In this document: positions 11,320-23,494 of the stretch, one piece after another
Layout: each line of letters begins with the position of its first letter
How positions within the stretch are numbered: position 1 is the stretch's first letter
Assembly: GCA_951406725.2 (NCBI GenBank)
Contig: OX597816.1
Span: 119,536,001-119,600,000, forward strand
DNA length: 64,000 nt
Direction of reading: 5' to 3'
Source: Octopus vulgaris
Taxonomy: Eukaryota
Notes under the pieces: generated by a model
Database searches by the model: none
What the model was told of the DNA's origin: nothing
Seen by the model: only the letters and a program-made list of their open reading frames with translations
Position numbers and translations under genes: made by a program

Positions 11320-12120
11320 GCTTGACAAGGCTACTCGTGGTTCTTTGAGCTACTAGAAATAGTAGTCAAATCTCCTACAAATCAAACTATTCCAGCTTTA
11401 AAAAGGTGAAGACATATTTGGTTTTATAGGCCTAAACACACTGCATCTGAAAATAAGGAGCACTTATCATGGCTGGAATGCTTTTAATTGTAGCAGTCCA
11501 AGGCTAAAGATCATCCTCATCATCATCACTAATTCGATGGATGAGTTAATAAAATACAAAAGTTTTGCTTTATAGGCTTGGTTGTTATTATTGTATAGCC
11601 CCAGATCAGCACATGTCGAAAAGACGTAATAATTAAAGGCATTCCAGGAGTGACCATCTCACGTTTTTCCAGCATATAAAGAACGCAGGACAATATTATC
11701 CAATATCATCAATATTATCCTTTTTAAGACACTAGGTTAAACGATTTGTTTGTGGCAGGTCAGGAGACCATGAAGAGATTCACTCACTCGTTGGCTCGAC
11801 TGATTTGGTGTGTTACCTCACGTTTCTGCGTTCGAATTTCCCCTGAGTAAACATCACCTTTTTCATTCTTCCATGGGTTGATAAATACTAATGATATATT
11901 TGGGAAGGGGGTTAAATTAAATGTATCTAAGTCTTTGGCATTGTTGAGCTATTGATCAGTAGAGATTCAAGAAAATATTCTAACCATATCCATGACAACT
12001 TTTATTACGAAAACATTATGAAATATGTCCTTCCTTTCTTAAGTCGAGAGGGTGTGACTGGAAAGAGATTTAGCTGATGTTTCTTGTAGTTCGAGTGACC
12101 ATGCAAAGATTCCTTCATTA
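11320..12120. mobile_element. Three decayed copies of another interspersed repeat (family E; similar pieces near 14460, 15660, 18290, 43270, 60180 and 60660)
   Basis: Shared motifs AAAGGCATTCCAG..GTGACCAT and GATTT(G/A)GCTG.T.TTTCT.G.AG..CGAGTGACC, in both orientations. Confidence 0.55.
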
Positions 12121-12854
12121 AACGTTCGTTTTCTTGCATAATTCAGTCCTACGCGACGACAAAAGAAATCTTCGTTTATTATCCATAACCTTCATTCCTT
12201 CCTTTCTTACCACACACACATACACACACACACACTCATACACGCACACACACACACATTACCCAACCCACCCGAAGAGTGAAAAGGCAGAATTAATAAC
12301 GGTTTAGAGAGCGGGAAACATCGTCAGAGTATGACGCAATTACAAATTAATAATTCACATTTAATAAACAAAAGGATGCTGAAATTGTCAAATAACAAGA
12401 AACGATAGAGATTTAATGGTGTCCACTATGTTAAGTGGAGCAGATAATATTACAACACATGTAATTAGCTTGTCAGGGCAGATCGTATTAATCACCTACA
12501 TAATTATTCAGCTTTTAAATAGCTATTGAAATTAAACTAAAATTTATAACTACTAAATCATTGCCCAGTTATTCTATCTTGTTGGTTTTTGTTAGTATCT
12601 TTGATTACATTTCATTGGCGCGCGACTTTCTATGAGAGAATGTTGTCGCTGCATATTATTAATTATTTACATTGTATCTCTTTCGAGATCGTTCTCTCTC
12701 ATATTAAGTGCCATTAGTTAACTAAATTAGTAAATTATCTGACGACATGCGCCGCTAATACGAGATTTATTGGCGTTAGTCTCGCTTTGCAAATAGTATC
12801 AGATATTTATTTGTCGTTAGTAACCGTGCACAGGTCTCGTGAATCATACACGAG

Positions 12855-13320
12855 CGTGCGTGCATGCATGTGCTTGTGTGTGTGTGCGTGCGTGTGTTTC
12901 TGTGTATGTGTGTATGTGTGTGTGTGTCTGTGTATCAGTAAGTTTGTGAAAGTGTGTATGCATGTGTATGTATACATGCGTGTGTTTGTGTGTATGTATA
13001 TGTGTGTCAGTAACTCTGTTAGAGAATGTGTGTGTTGGTGTATGGGTGTGTGCTATGTGGTCTTTCTGCATTTGTGTGTGAGTGTGTGTAATTATGTATA
13101 TATGAATGTTTGTACGCGTGTATGTATGTATGTATGTACGTGCGCATGTATGTACGTACGTATGTATGTATGTATGTATGTATGTATGTATGTACGTATG
13201 TATGTATGTATGTATGTACGTACGTATGTATGTACGTACGTATGTATGTACGTACGTATTTATGTACGTACGTATGTATGTATGTATTATGTATGTGTGT
13301 GTGAGTGTATGAATGTATAT
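12855..13320. repeat. Degenerate (TG)n / (TATG)n / (TACG)n compound microsatellite
   Basis: Seen directly; source of the CVCVY and HTYI ORFs. Confidence 0.9.
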
Positions 13321-14318
13321 GCGCGACATGTAAAGTGAAATTGATTCAACTACTAGTCGAATATGATTGTAGAGATGGTCTACGATCGCGACAATCTTTT
13401 ATAATTCAGTTAACAAGGAAGGGGAGTATCTTTGACCCCTTATAGGGGCTTCCATAACTAGGAGGAAAAAGGGAGGAATCTATCCTCAAAACACAGACCT
13501 TGTCTGAAAACTTGTCACAGAGTGAACTCCAATAAAGGCACTCAAGACCAGGTGGTGATATTAAACAGATGAAAAAGGCGGCAAGCTGGCAGAATCGTTA
13601 GTACACCGGGAACTTAGATCGATGTAATCGACTTACTCCTCTCCCAAAATTGCTGGCCTTGTGCCGAAATTTGAAACTAATATTAAACAGATGAAGTTTA
13701 CAACAAAACTAGGCCACATTTGAATTCTGAATGCAGTCAGGTGGATCTACAAGGAATCCCGTCCGACGTTTTAAACCTTTTCGCGGGTACCCCATCTTAG
13801 AATGGTCCTTTATTTATCGACTCCGAAACGAATGAAAGCAAAGTTGAAGTCCGTGAGATCTGAACACAAGATGCTGTTCATTTCGTCCGATGTTTTAACG
13901 AACCTACCAGTTCACTATCATTAGTCCTAAGAGAGTTCGTTAGGTTCCAATTAACACGAGGCAGGAATGATCCAAGATTTCAGACTTTTTGCCTTTCATT
14001 TGAATGTGCAAAGAGAAAAGAAAGTAGAGTTATTGCTTGGGTAATTGCTAAGTAAAAGTTTACAGTTACCTCTGTTAAAGACTTTAGTAGCGTTGACAAT
14101 TCTCTAGTTCTGAGATGGTGAACCTATGACAGCAGTGACACGCTGCATGTTTGAGGATAACAAATTGGAATTTGATAAAATAAAATGTCTTCCCGCAGTA
14201 TCATGTCACTAAATGTTTAGTTTGTCAATAAGCATTTACCTAAAGCTAAAATACAGATTGTATACATGAAATGACACTCCAGTAACGGATTATTAAAGAA
14301 ATTGAAATTGCGACAAAC

Positions 14319-14396
14319 GTCGCCAATACTACCTGAGTCGCCAATACTACCTAAAAAGTCGCCAATACTACCTAAAAAGTCGCCAATACTACCTGA
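14319..14396. repeat. Four perfect copies of the 16-bp core GTCGCCAATACTACCT (18/21-bp period)
   Basis: Copies start at 14319, 14337, 14358 and 14379, separated by GA or AAAAA. Confidence 0.9.
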
Positions 14397-14603
14397 GACT
14401 ATCGTAACTTTCATCATGGGTGCGTCTATGTGATAATTTGATCTACTAGAAATATCAGTCATATTTCCCTATCATCACATCTTGCAGTCTTAAAAGAAAG
14501 AAAATGACATATTAGAAAATGCATTCCTAGATATCTCCCAAAAGACGGAATGGTTACAACTAGAAAGTATTTGATAATAGGTCTACATATGTATGTATGT
14601 AGA

Positions 14604-14807
14604 CGCTATGATAGATCGTTAGCTTCTACACGCATTTTTTTCTCTCCTTGTTTCTCTCCTTTTTTTTTTTCTGTGTCCCTTTCTGTGGAAGAGCGTAGGC
14701 TCGAAACGTAAAAGGCTTTTTCTATTCCTGAGCGCTATACTAATACATTTGTTTGTTTGTACACCACCTGCCTTCGTGTTTTGTTTATTTTCGTAAACTT
14801 TGCCTAA
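14604..14807 (+). mobile_element. Short Penelope-like element terminal fragment ending in (TA)n
   Basis: Homologous to 33801-33972, which lies downstream of a GIY-YIG ORF. Contains a hammerhead motif. Confidence 0.7.
14678..14715 (+). ncRNA. Minimal type I hammerhead ribozyme candidate, A6U core variant
   Basis: CCTTT-CTGTGGA-A-GAGC(GTAG)GCTC-GAA-ACGT-A-AAAGG: 5-bp helix I, 4-bp helix II, palindromic ACGT stem III, GUA cleavage triplet. Confidence 0.7.
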
Positions 14808-15288
14808 ATATATATATGTGGGAGGGGGGCGTGTGTGTGTGTGCGTGTGTGTGTGTGTAAATACATACATATATACATACATATATATATATATGCAGAA
14901 TACGTTATGTACAACATTGCTCGAGAAACAAGGATAAAATATCCATTGACCTTCTTTTCCAGATATTTATTTGAGGTTTATCTAGGGCTGAGCAACAACA
15001 GTAACCAATTTAAGTTGTTATATTACATTAAATTAGTATAAAAGTTTAAAAATCATTGACGAGTTCTAAGAGAATTATAACGCTCCAGTTTCTGTTACTT
15101 GTAAAGTGAAAGGTGAATTCCTTTCTAAACAGGTTATCTCTTTGCAGCTAATAGTGGATTCTCTGTCAGTCTCGACGATGAACATCCAGTCGCTCGACCG
15201 ACTGAATTCATGGTCGTGAAATTAAAATCCAGATAGCTGAGTATTCTACAGACATGCGTACCCGATTTACAGATAGTAGCTAGAGCGT

Positions 15289-15453
15289 GAAGAAGAAGAA
15301 GAAGAAGAAGAAGAAGAAGAAGAAGAAGAAGAAGAAGAAGAAGAAGAAGAAGAAGAAGAAGAAGAAGAAGAAGAAGAAGAAGAAGAAGAAGAAGAAGAAG
15401 AAGAAGAAGAAGAAGAAGAAGAAGAAGAAGAAGAAGAAGAAGAAGAAGAAGAA
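15289..15453 (+). repeat. Pure (GAA)55
   Basis: Uninterrupted 165-bp tract. Confidence 0.95.
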
Positions 15454-16189
15454 GCAAACTGAACTGAACTGTGATCAGGCATACCCAAAAGTCACAAGCA
15501 TTCCGACCTTTTTGTTTAGAACTACTAACGTTCCTAATGTATTTTTCCTGTTTTAAGACGTGCATGATTTTAAATGAATTTGGCTGCTGCTTCTTGTATG
15601 TCAAGGTGCTGTGTAGATGCTCACTCGCTGACATATGAGTGCTGATTCTGATGGTAGAGGTCAAAAAGATTCCAGCCTTTTTGCTCTAATTAGGATGACA
15701 TTGTTTAATGCAATCTTTTTGTTTTAAGAATTTGAGTGTGATTTAAAGAAATCTGGCTGCTGTTTCGTGCATGTTATGATGGAAGCGGCTCCCTAGTTGG
15801 CTTATACGACTGTTGATTCTGATGGTGGATCAGCAGAGGTGAGCGTGGTGGATTAAGTACCAGTTGAGTAGAGGAGACTGGGTCTAGTTGTTACATGCTT
15901 TCATTTTTTTGCCTTCGCACCCACATAAATGAACACAGCTGAAGCTTCTTTTCAGATTTAATTAGCAAAACATCTCTATTTATTGTTATCACTAGCAAAA
16001 AACAGAAATTACATAACATTAATTAGACAGGTTCTAATTAATGAGGTGGTGTCAGCTGTAACAATTTTCCCCGAGTGCGAGGTACGTTGTGACACTTACT
16101 GGGGCACTTAGTTACAACAAATCTAAATGAGAATGTAAGTATATTTTTTTTTACATTCGAAAGACAATTTCAAGGCGGTTCTTCACTTC

Positions 16190-17590
16190 ACTTATATATT
16201 CAGGAGCCTTATATTCACTCGAAAGTTGACCCCAGTTTTTCATTGAGATTTTGTTCAAATTCAGTTTCTTTTAAAACTTCCTCAATTTGCAGCCCTAACA
16301 AATTTGTTGTACTCACATTTGGGAATTCTTTTTAGATGGATTGTGAGGACCTTGTCAAGTGACTTTATCCATCACTTTTACAAACGTTTTCAAGAAACGA
16401 AGCCTTATATATAGAAATGATAAACATATCTTTACGTGATTAACTAAAGAAACTACCTGGACTCTGCTCATTCGTGGGACGTATGCTGGCCTTAGTGACC
16501 GGTCATATTTAATAAACTTTACTATCTGTATTAGTACAAGTGTCTCATGGGCAAACAAACAATACTGTGAAACCCGCTTGCATACACATGTTATCATATA
16601 TCTCCGTTATGTGAACAGAGTGGACAATGAATATGTATGGTTTGACATACGCGTCATGCAGTAGAACTGATCTCAACCTCCTTTGTGAGGAATCGATAAA
16701 GAGGCTCCAGTCAGATGCTCTATGTGTCTGAAGCAAGTTTGTACAGAATTCATTTATGTCACACCTATAGAAGAGTGGCCAAGCTGCATGTGTTGCCAAA
16801 TTTAAATTTCGTTTCTGATAACAACTAATTTGCAATTCTTTGGTCAAATAAATTACCTTCCTTCAGTTTTGATACCTGTCTAGAGAGAATGTATTCTCTC
16901 TAGACAACTCTCTAGCCAGACTAGCCAAATGTCCCCGGGTGGATAACCATGGGTCCATTTTTTCTTCAGGCATGTATTCAAGAACTATTGAAGTTAGAGT
17001 ACCTCCACCAATTGTACATACAACATTGAAACTAATCCATCATTTGGGAGAAAAGGAATTGGCATTGTTTCATCATGTTAGAGGTCTGCTTACTGAATAT
17101 GTTTGGTTAGTTAATCTTGCCCTTTTTCTTTGAGGATAATTGAATTATGTTAACACTGCTCAAATAGCAAGGTATATAATGGGTTTTTTGTTTTGTTTTT
17201 GTTTGTTTTTTGTTCTGTCCATATTATGGGGATAGCAAATGGTATTGATCGATTTGATTCTTCGAGTTGAACCAATCATGTAGTCCTCTAGAGCACATGG
17301 AGCAGATTCGATGTGGTGTCACCGCTGTTTACATTGACATATGACAACCCGAGTATATTTGGTATGTTTTTATGAGATTCATTGTGATAGTTTATCGTTG
17401 TCACAGCTGAAACTAAACCACAAACAAAGAAAAGGTCAGAATGATTTTTACATCTACAAGATAATCTGAAAAATACAAAATATTTCAAATATATTCATTA
17501 AAAAACTTAAGATGTTATCTCAAAAACTATACGTGAAATGAAAACAGAGAAATCGAAAACAATATTTGAAGTTTGCACCAAATTTGTCTT
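16190..17590 (-). pseudogene. Decayed Chapaev3-like (CMC superfamily) DNA transposase
   Basis: Fragments in the expected order on the - strand: RCKNHSDLFFVCG (N-terminal Zn motif), DWSLFIDSSQRRLRSVLLHD...HSVHITEIYDN, QAGF, KICLSFLYIRLRFLKTFVKVMDK, EFPNVS...GLQIEEVLKE. Many frameshifts. Family named from remembered motifs. Confidence 0.75.
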
Positions 17591-17744
17591 TCGGGTCATT
17601 CAAAAATCCTCTCCAAAGAAAAATATGCTTTAGAGACGAATGTTATTGGGAGTGTGATTTGCAGCATAGTGTTTAGGGCTAATGAACTTATTGATGCTGC
17701 AGCTATTTATCTGAATATGTTTGCCCAAGATTATTCTTTTATTC

Positions 17745-18015
17745 TTTTACTTGCTTTAGTCATTTGAAACCCTTGAAGTGTTATTAGTCGAATAAATCGA
17801 CGTCAGGATTTATTCTTTAAGTCTAGTAATTATTCTACCGGCTTCTTTTGCCGAACCGCTAGTTTACGCTGATGTAAACATACCAACACCGGTTGCCAAG
17901 CGGTGATAGGCAAGGGACAAACACAGAAACGAAAACGCGCGCGCGCATATATATATATATTTGTAAATGTAATATGTGACAATTATTCGGTAGCCATGAT
18001 AAAACTCCGAGTTTC

Positions 18016-18068
<53 letters not shown>

Positions 18069-18148
18069 GGCTTCTTTCAGCTTCCGTCTATCACATCCAC
18101 TCACAAGGCTTGGGTCGGCCCGAAGCTATAGTAGAAGACACTTACGCA
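17745..18148 (-). mobile_element. Family-B (CORE-type, octopus OR2-like) SINE, head missing, with a short insert in its internal (TA)n
   Basis: Matches the reverse complement of 21413-21810 (GGATTTGGTAGACGGAAACTGAAAGAAGCC...TTAGCGGTTCGGCAAAAGA). Confidence 0.75.
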
Positions 18149-18839
18149 AATTGGCTTGTTCTACTTCAAGTCAATTCTTTGAAGCTCTTTTTCTATATGA
18201 TTAACATAGAGTTGTCTTAGTTTTATACACAAGTCTAGAGATAAATGCAAGGTTGTGAATGTGATATCATCTGTGTATGAGCCTGTGCATATGTTTGAGT
18301 CAGATTGATCAGACCCAAGATCAAAGATGTTCCAGTCATGAACATTCCCACTTTTTCTCAGCCATGTTTATGCTAAACTACATTATCCAGTGCAATCTCC
18401 CAGAGTCCTCTGATTCCATCAGTTTCAAAATGCTTTAAGTTTACGTTTGTAATTTCGTAGAGCTTGAGACTGTTAAGTTTTCAGAACTCATTGTTGCTTG
18501 TTGGGAGTATGATGGATCTGGGGAGTCAAAACCATAGTCTAGGCAGAAGCGTATTTATTTTCATAGCTTAGTTGTCTAGTACTATTTTATATTTCTTTTT
18601 TATAGTGATATCATTTTTATCAGATTGGCTATTTCTGTGGTGTAATGGATATAATATTTTGATATATCGCTCTGTTGGTCATTTTTTTTTATAAGTCTAT
18701 TATTATTTTGTTGAATAATACTTAGTATATTGTAGTACTCATTTTGATGATTATTGTGCGGTTGCTGAATTTTGGAAACTATGGTTCTGCTTCCTGGTGC
18801 AGCTGATTCTACAAGACATCTTGAAGCTAAACAGTGTTA

Positions 18840-19354
18840 ATGATGACAGGAGGTGGTGGTGGAGTAGGAGGAGTACGAGGAGGAGGAGGAGGCAGAAGAT
18901 GATGATGAAGAAGAAGAAGAAGAAGAAGAAGAAGAAGAAGAAGAAGAAGAAGAAGAAGAAGAAGAAGAAGAAGAAGAAGAAGATATGAGGAGAACAAGGA
19001 AGAGGAAGATAGGAAGAAGACGAGGAGTTGAAGGAAGAAGAGGAGTTCAAGGAAGATAAGAAGAAGGTAGAAAAGGGGGGTGAAGAAAAAGAGGAGGAGA
19101 AGGATGATGTTGATGATGATGAGGAGGAGAAGGCGGAGGAGGATGACGATGACGTCGTCGGCGGCGGTAGCGATGATGGCGATGACGACGCCGATGATGT
19201 TGAAAGCAGATACTGTAATGCTGGTGATTGCTATGCTGTTATTTAGTAGTTTTGATGATACTGCTGATGATGGTGGTGGTGGTGGTGGTGGTGGTGGTAG
19301 TGGTGGATGGTAACGGTCGTCGTCGTCGTGGTAGTAGTGGTGGTGGTGGTAGTG

Positions 19355-19414
<60 letters not shown>

Positions 19415-19519
19415 ATAGTAGTAGTAGTAGTAGTAGTAGTAGCAGCAGCAGCAGCAGCAGCAGCAGCGGCGGCGGCGGCGGCGGCGGTGATGGTGGTGGT
19501 GGTGGTGGTGGTGCAGGTG

Positions 19520-19561
<42 letters not shown>

Positions 19562-20615
19562 AAAACGAGAATACCAATAACAAGGACGATGACAGATAAG
19601 CGTCGATAGAGAAGGATGAGGAGTAAAAAGGCGATGAGTCGGGATGTATCTGTGAATGGACATTGGAGAAGGATTACATTCATGCTTTGTTAAAGACATT
19701 GAAAATATTCCCCCACGTCACAACTTCCACCACCCAATCCCTCCTCCCGACACCACTGTCATTACTACCACTGCCACTGCTAGCACCGCTACCACAGCAA
19801 TCACTACTTCCAGTATTACCATAATCATCACCAGAATACCGCTTCCGCATACTACCATCCCGCCACCACCACCACCATCACTACCACCACCATCACTACC
19901 ACCACCACCACCACCGCCGCTACCATCTCTACTGCCACCAACATCACTACCACCCCCATTACCACCACCACTACTACCACCATTACCACCACCACCATCA
20001 CTACCACCACCATCACTACCACCATCACCACCACCGCCGCTACCATCTCTACTGCCACCAACATCACTACCACCCCCATTACCACCACCACTACTACCAC
20101 CATTACCACCACCACCAGTACTACCACCACCACAACCACCACCATCTCCACTACCACCGTCACTACCCCCACCACTACCACCAACACCATCACTACTACT
20201 ATTACCACAACCACCACCATCATCGCCACTACCACCACCTTCTCCACTACTATCGTCACTACCCCTACCACTACCACCACCACAACCACCACTACCACTA
20301 CCAACACCCTACCACCACCAGTAACATCACCACTACGACACTTCTACCATTCTCATTACCACCGCTACAATAACCTCAATGAACAACAATCTCTACCACC
20401 ACTACGACATTGTCTGTACTACCACTGCCGCAACCACAATACACAATCACCACCAGAACCACCATCAACATCATCATCACTAACTCCACGGGCAACATCA
20501 ATCACCACTACTACCATAACTACCACCACCACCACCACTACAACTACTAACATCATCACAACCATCACCATGATCATTACTACAACCACCACCATCACCA
20601 CCACCACCACTGTCA
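18840..20615. repeat. Long compound trinucleotide field (GAA, GAG, GAT, GGT, AGT, AGC, GGC, then CCA/CTA) including a 120-bp tandem duplication at about 19862-20110
   Basis: Seen directly; 19861-19980 and 19981-20100 are near-identical. Confidence 0.9.
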
Positions 20616-21171
20616 TCGTCACAGTGACAACTGAATGTGCGCAATCACCAATAATTGAACAAATTCGTCAGCCAATGATTATATTGTTTACTTATTGGGG
20701 AGGTCACGTGCTGTGTGTCGTCACAACTTCAATACAATACATATACGCACGCGCACAACACCCACGTAAACTCGTACACATATGCACACACACGCACACA
20801 CACATACGCACGCACACACACACACACACACACACACATCCACACCACACATTGGTCTTCATTGTGTTCTTTAACCACTTTGGCTATTCATCTTATACTT
20901 GACTTACTGTCGTTGTTGTTATTGTTGCTGTCGTTGTCGTTATTGATGTCGTTGTTATTATTGTAGTTGTTGCTATTGCTGTCGTCTTTTTGTTGTTGTT
21001 GTCATTGATGTTGATGATTCCGTCGTGAGTTCTGGACGTGCGTGTGGGTGCGAGCGTGCGTGCGTATATGTGTGCGTGCGCGCGTTGTATATTCATGATG
21101 CTATTGTTATCGGTATTGTTCTTGCTGTGGACAATTTCGTGTACGTGTCATCTTTATCTTTGTCTTTTATC

Positions 21172-21361
21172 TTTTACTTGCTTCTGTCATTTGAGTGCGA
21201 CGATGCTGGAGCACCACCTTTAGTTGAACAAATCGACCCCAGGACTTATTCTTAGTAAGTACTTATTCTATCGGTCTCTTTTGCCGAACTGCTAAGTTAC
21301 GGGGACGTAAACACACCAACATCGGTTGTCAAGAGATGGTAGGGGACAAACACACACACAC

Positions 21362-21414
<53 letters not shown>

Positions 21415-21583
21415 CGCAGGAGTGGCTGTGTGGTAAGTAGCTTACTAACCTACCACATGGTTCCGGATTCAGTCCCACTGCGTGGTATCTTGGGCAAGTG
21501 TCTTTTGCTATAGCCCCGGGCCGACCAATGCCTTGTGAGTGGATTTGGTAGACGGAAACTGAAAGAAGCCTGTCGTATATATG

Positions 21584-21634
<51 letters not shown>

Positions 21635-21884
21635 CTGTGTTTGTCCCCCTAGCATTGCTTGACAACCGATGCTGGTGTGTTTAGCGGTTCGGCAAAAGAG
21701 ACCGATAGAATAAGTACTGGGCTTACAAAGAATAAGTCCCGGGGTCGATTTGCTCGACTAAAGGCGGTGCTCCAGCATGGCTGCAGTCAAATGACTGAAA
21801 CAAGTAAAATAATAAAATAATATATATATATATATATATATGACAGGCTTCTTTCCGTTTTCGTCTACCAAATCCACTCACAAG
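21172..21884. mobile_element. Full family-B SINE (+, 21413-21810) nested in the internal (TA)n of an inverted family-B SINE (-, 21172-21365 and 21841-21884)
   Basis: tRNA-like head GGCGCAGGAGTGGCTGTGTGGTAAG..GGATTCAGTCCC, CORE-like CTTGGGCAAGTG, internal (TA)n(TG)n, tail GACTGAAACAAGTAAAA. Confidence 0.85.
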
Positions 21885-22444
21885 ATATATATATATGATT
21901 CCGTATATAAATAAACAAAAATATGTATGCAAATACATGCTCACACGAATATAAGTATATACACGTATACATATACATCCATGTATGTACATAAATATAA
22001 ACATACACGTATACTTATACACATACACAGACGCACACATACACATACATATGCATACTCACAGTACACAAATACACATAAAAACGTATCTAGATCATAG
22101 CGTATATATACAAAGAATTTTTAAAAAGCTGCTCAGTTTATATAATAGTAAAATTCGGATAAAAAGGCATTTACAAAATGCATCATCATATATAGGATTA
22201 TCTATAAATTAAATGCAACAATTAAATAGGTTTGTAAAATGTAATAAAATTAAATAATAACATAATAAAATAATAAGGATGAACCTCGGCAAAGTTTAAG
22301 CTTGAAAATATGTAAAACAGTCGAAGGTTTTCTTAAAAAATACGTCGAAATATATATTCGATATCGTTGCGATGCGAAATAACCATACATTACAAATACA
22401 ATTCCAAAAGTGGCATTTGAAACAAATTCCAAAGTCAACATATA

Positions 22445-22920
22445 TTATCCATATAGTATTTTGTCGGTTGCCATTTTTAATTTTGTTGTGTTCCTGCAAT
22501 TTAAGAGTCCGCGTCTTTGATTCAAAGCGCTATTATCCTGAAATAAGATAAAGAATTTTTCAGAAAGGCATAAATTGCATTTCATGGATCTTTTATTAGC
22601 TCCATATCTGTAAGCTGATGCATTATCTAAGATTTTCCATGTTACGTTGAAAGGACGGGTTTCATTTTCTTTCAATTCCCAGATATGTTTTGCCAGACTA
22701 GTCTTTGTCCTATTTTCGAGGTACCGAAAGGAATTTCTGTGGGAATAAAATCGGGTCTTGAAAGAATTTTCTGAAGCCCCAGTGTATGTTTTATATTCTT
22801 GTGAGCCTTCTATTTGTACTTTGGCCCAATACACAATCCTTTTCTCCGGACATTTTCCTTCCAACGGACAGGAGGTCTCATCTTTGAAATTACAATTCTT
22901 TGGATTTGAATCGCTGAAAA
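22445..22920 (-). pseudogene. Penelope-like element C-terminal GIY-YIG endonuclease fragment
   Basis: KNCNFKDETSCPLEGKC..IVY...YTGASENSFKTRFYSHRNSF...TSLAKHIWELK...WKIL...CNLCLSEK...LNQR. Interrupted upstream by a family-B SINE piece (22925-23058). Confidence 0.85.
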
Positions 22921-23176
22921 TTAGCTATAACAGTAAACACGTACCCAAGGTGTCACGTAAAAGGATTGAACCTGGAGCCATGGTGATAACGATAACTGGG
23001 ATAATGGTGATGATGCGGTTGAGAAGCAAGCTTCTTACCACACAATCACGCCTGCGCCAATGTAAAATTTTGTTGTTTATATTTATGTGCAATAAATTGG
23101 TTATACTTCTGTAATACATGAAATATTTTAACAACCTTTTAAAACAATTCCTAATAATATTTAATAATAAAGATAT

Positions 23177-23494
23177 CGGAATGACCATGAGAGTGCACCT
23201 AGAAAGTTACCCTCCAAGGCACAAGTCTGGGCAAGGTTGTTTATGGAAGACCAGCAGTCGCCCATACATATCAGCCTCCCCTCTACACGCCACCGATGTT
23301 ATCCAAGGGAAAGACAAAGGCCGATACAGGTTAGCACCAGTGACATCACCACTCATTTCTACAGCTGAGTGAACTGGAGCAATGTGAAATAAAGTGTCTT
23401 GCTCAAGAACACAATACGCAGCCCGGTCCGGGATTCGAACTCACAACCTGACGGTCGTAAGTTCGACGCTCTAACTACTGAGCCATGCGCCTTC
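23177..23494 (-). mobile_element. Full-length tRNA-derived SINE (family C) with 11-bp TSD
   Basis: A box TGGCTCAGTAGTTAG and B box GTTCGAATCC on the - strand; CORE-like CTTGAGCAAGACAC. TSD AATAAAGATAT at 23166-23176 and 23495-23505. Confidence 0.9.

Noticed and set aside
12753-12784. Apparent H-type pseudoknot (CGCTAATA/TATTGGCG with loop pairing to AGTCTCG)
   Set aside because: The 2-nt linker cannot span an 8-bp stem; likely alternative pairings arising by chance.
14319-14396. CRISPR-like direct repeats
   Set aside because: The spacers are only 2-5 bp and are repeated; the context is eukaryotic and there are no cas genes.
19656-20324. 222-aa proline-rich ORF (extensin/formin-like)
   Set aside because: It is a (CCA/CTA)n repeat field with a 120-bp duplication and no flanking domain or exon evidence.
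23420-23491. tRNA gene on the - strand
   Set aside because: A and B boxes are present, but the acceptor and anticodon stems do not pair and it runs into a SINE body flanked by TSDs.
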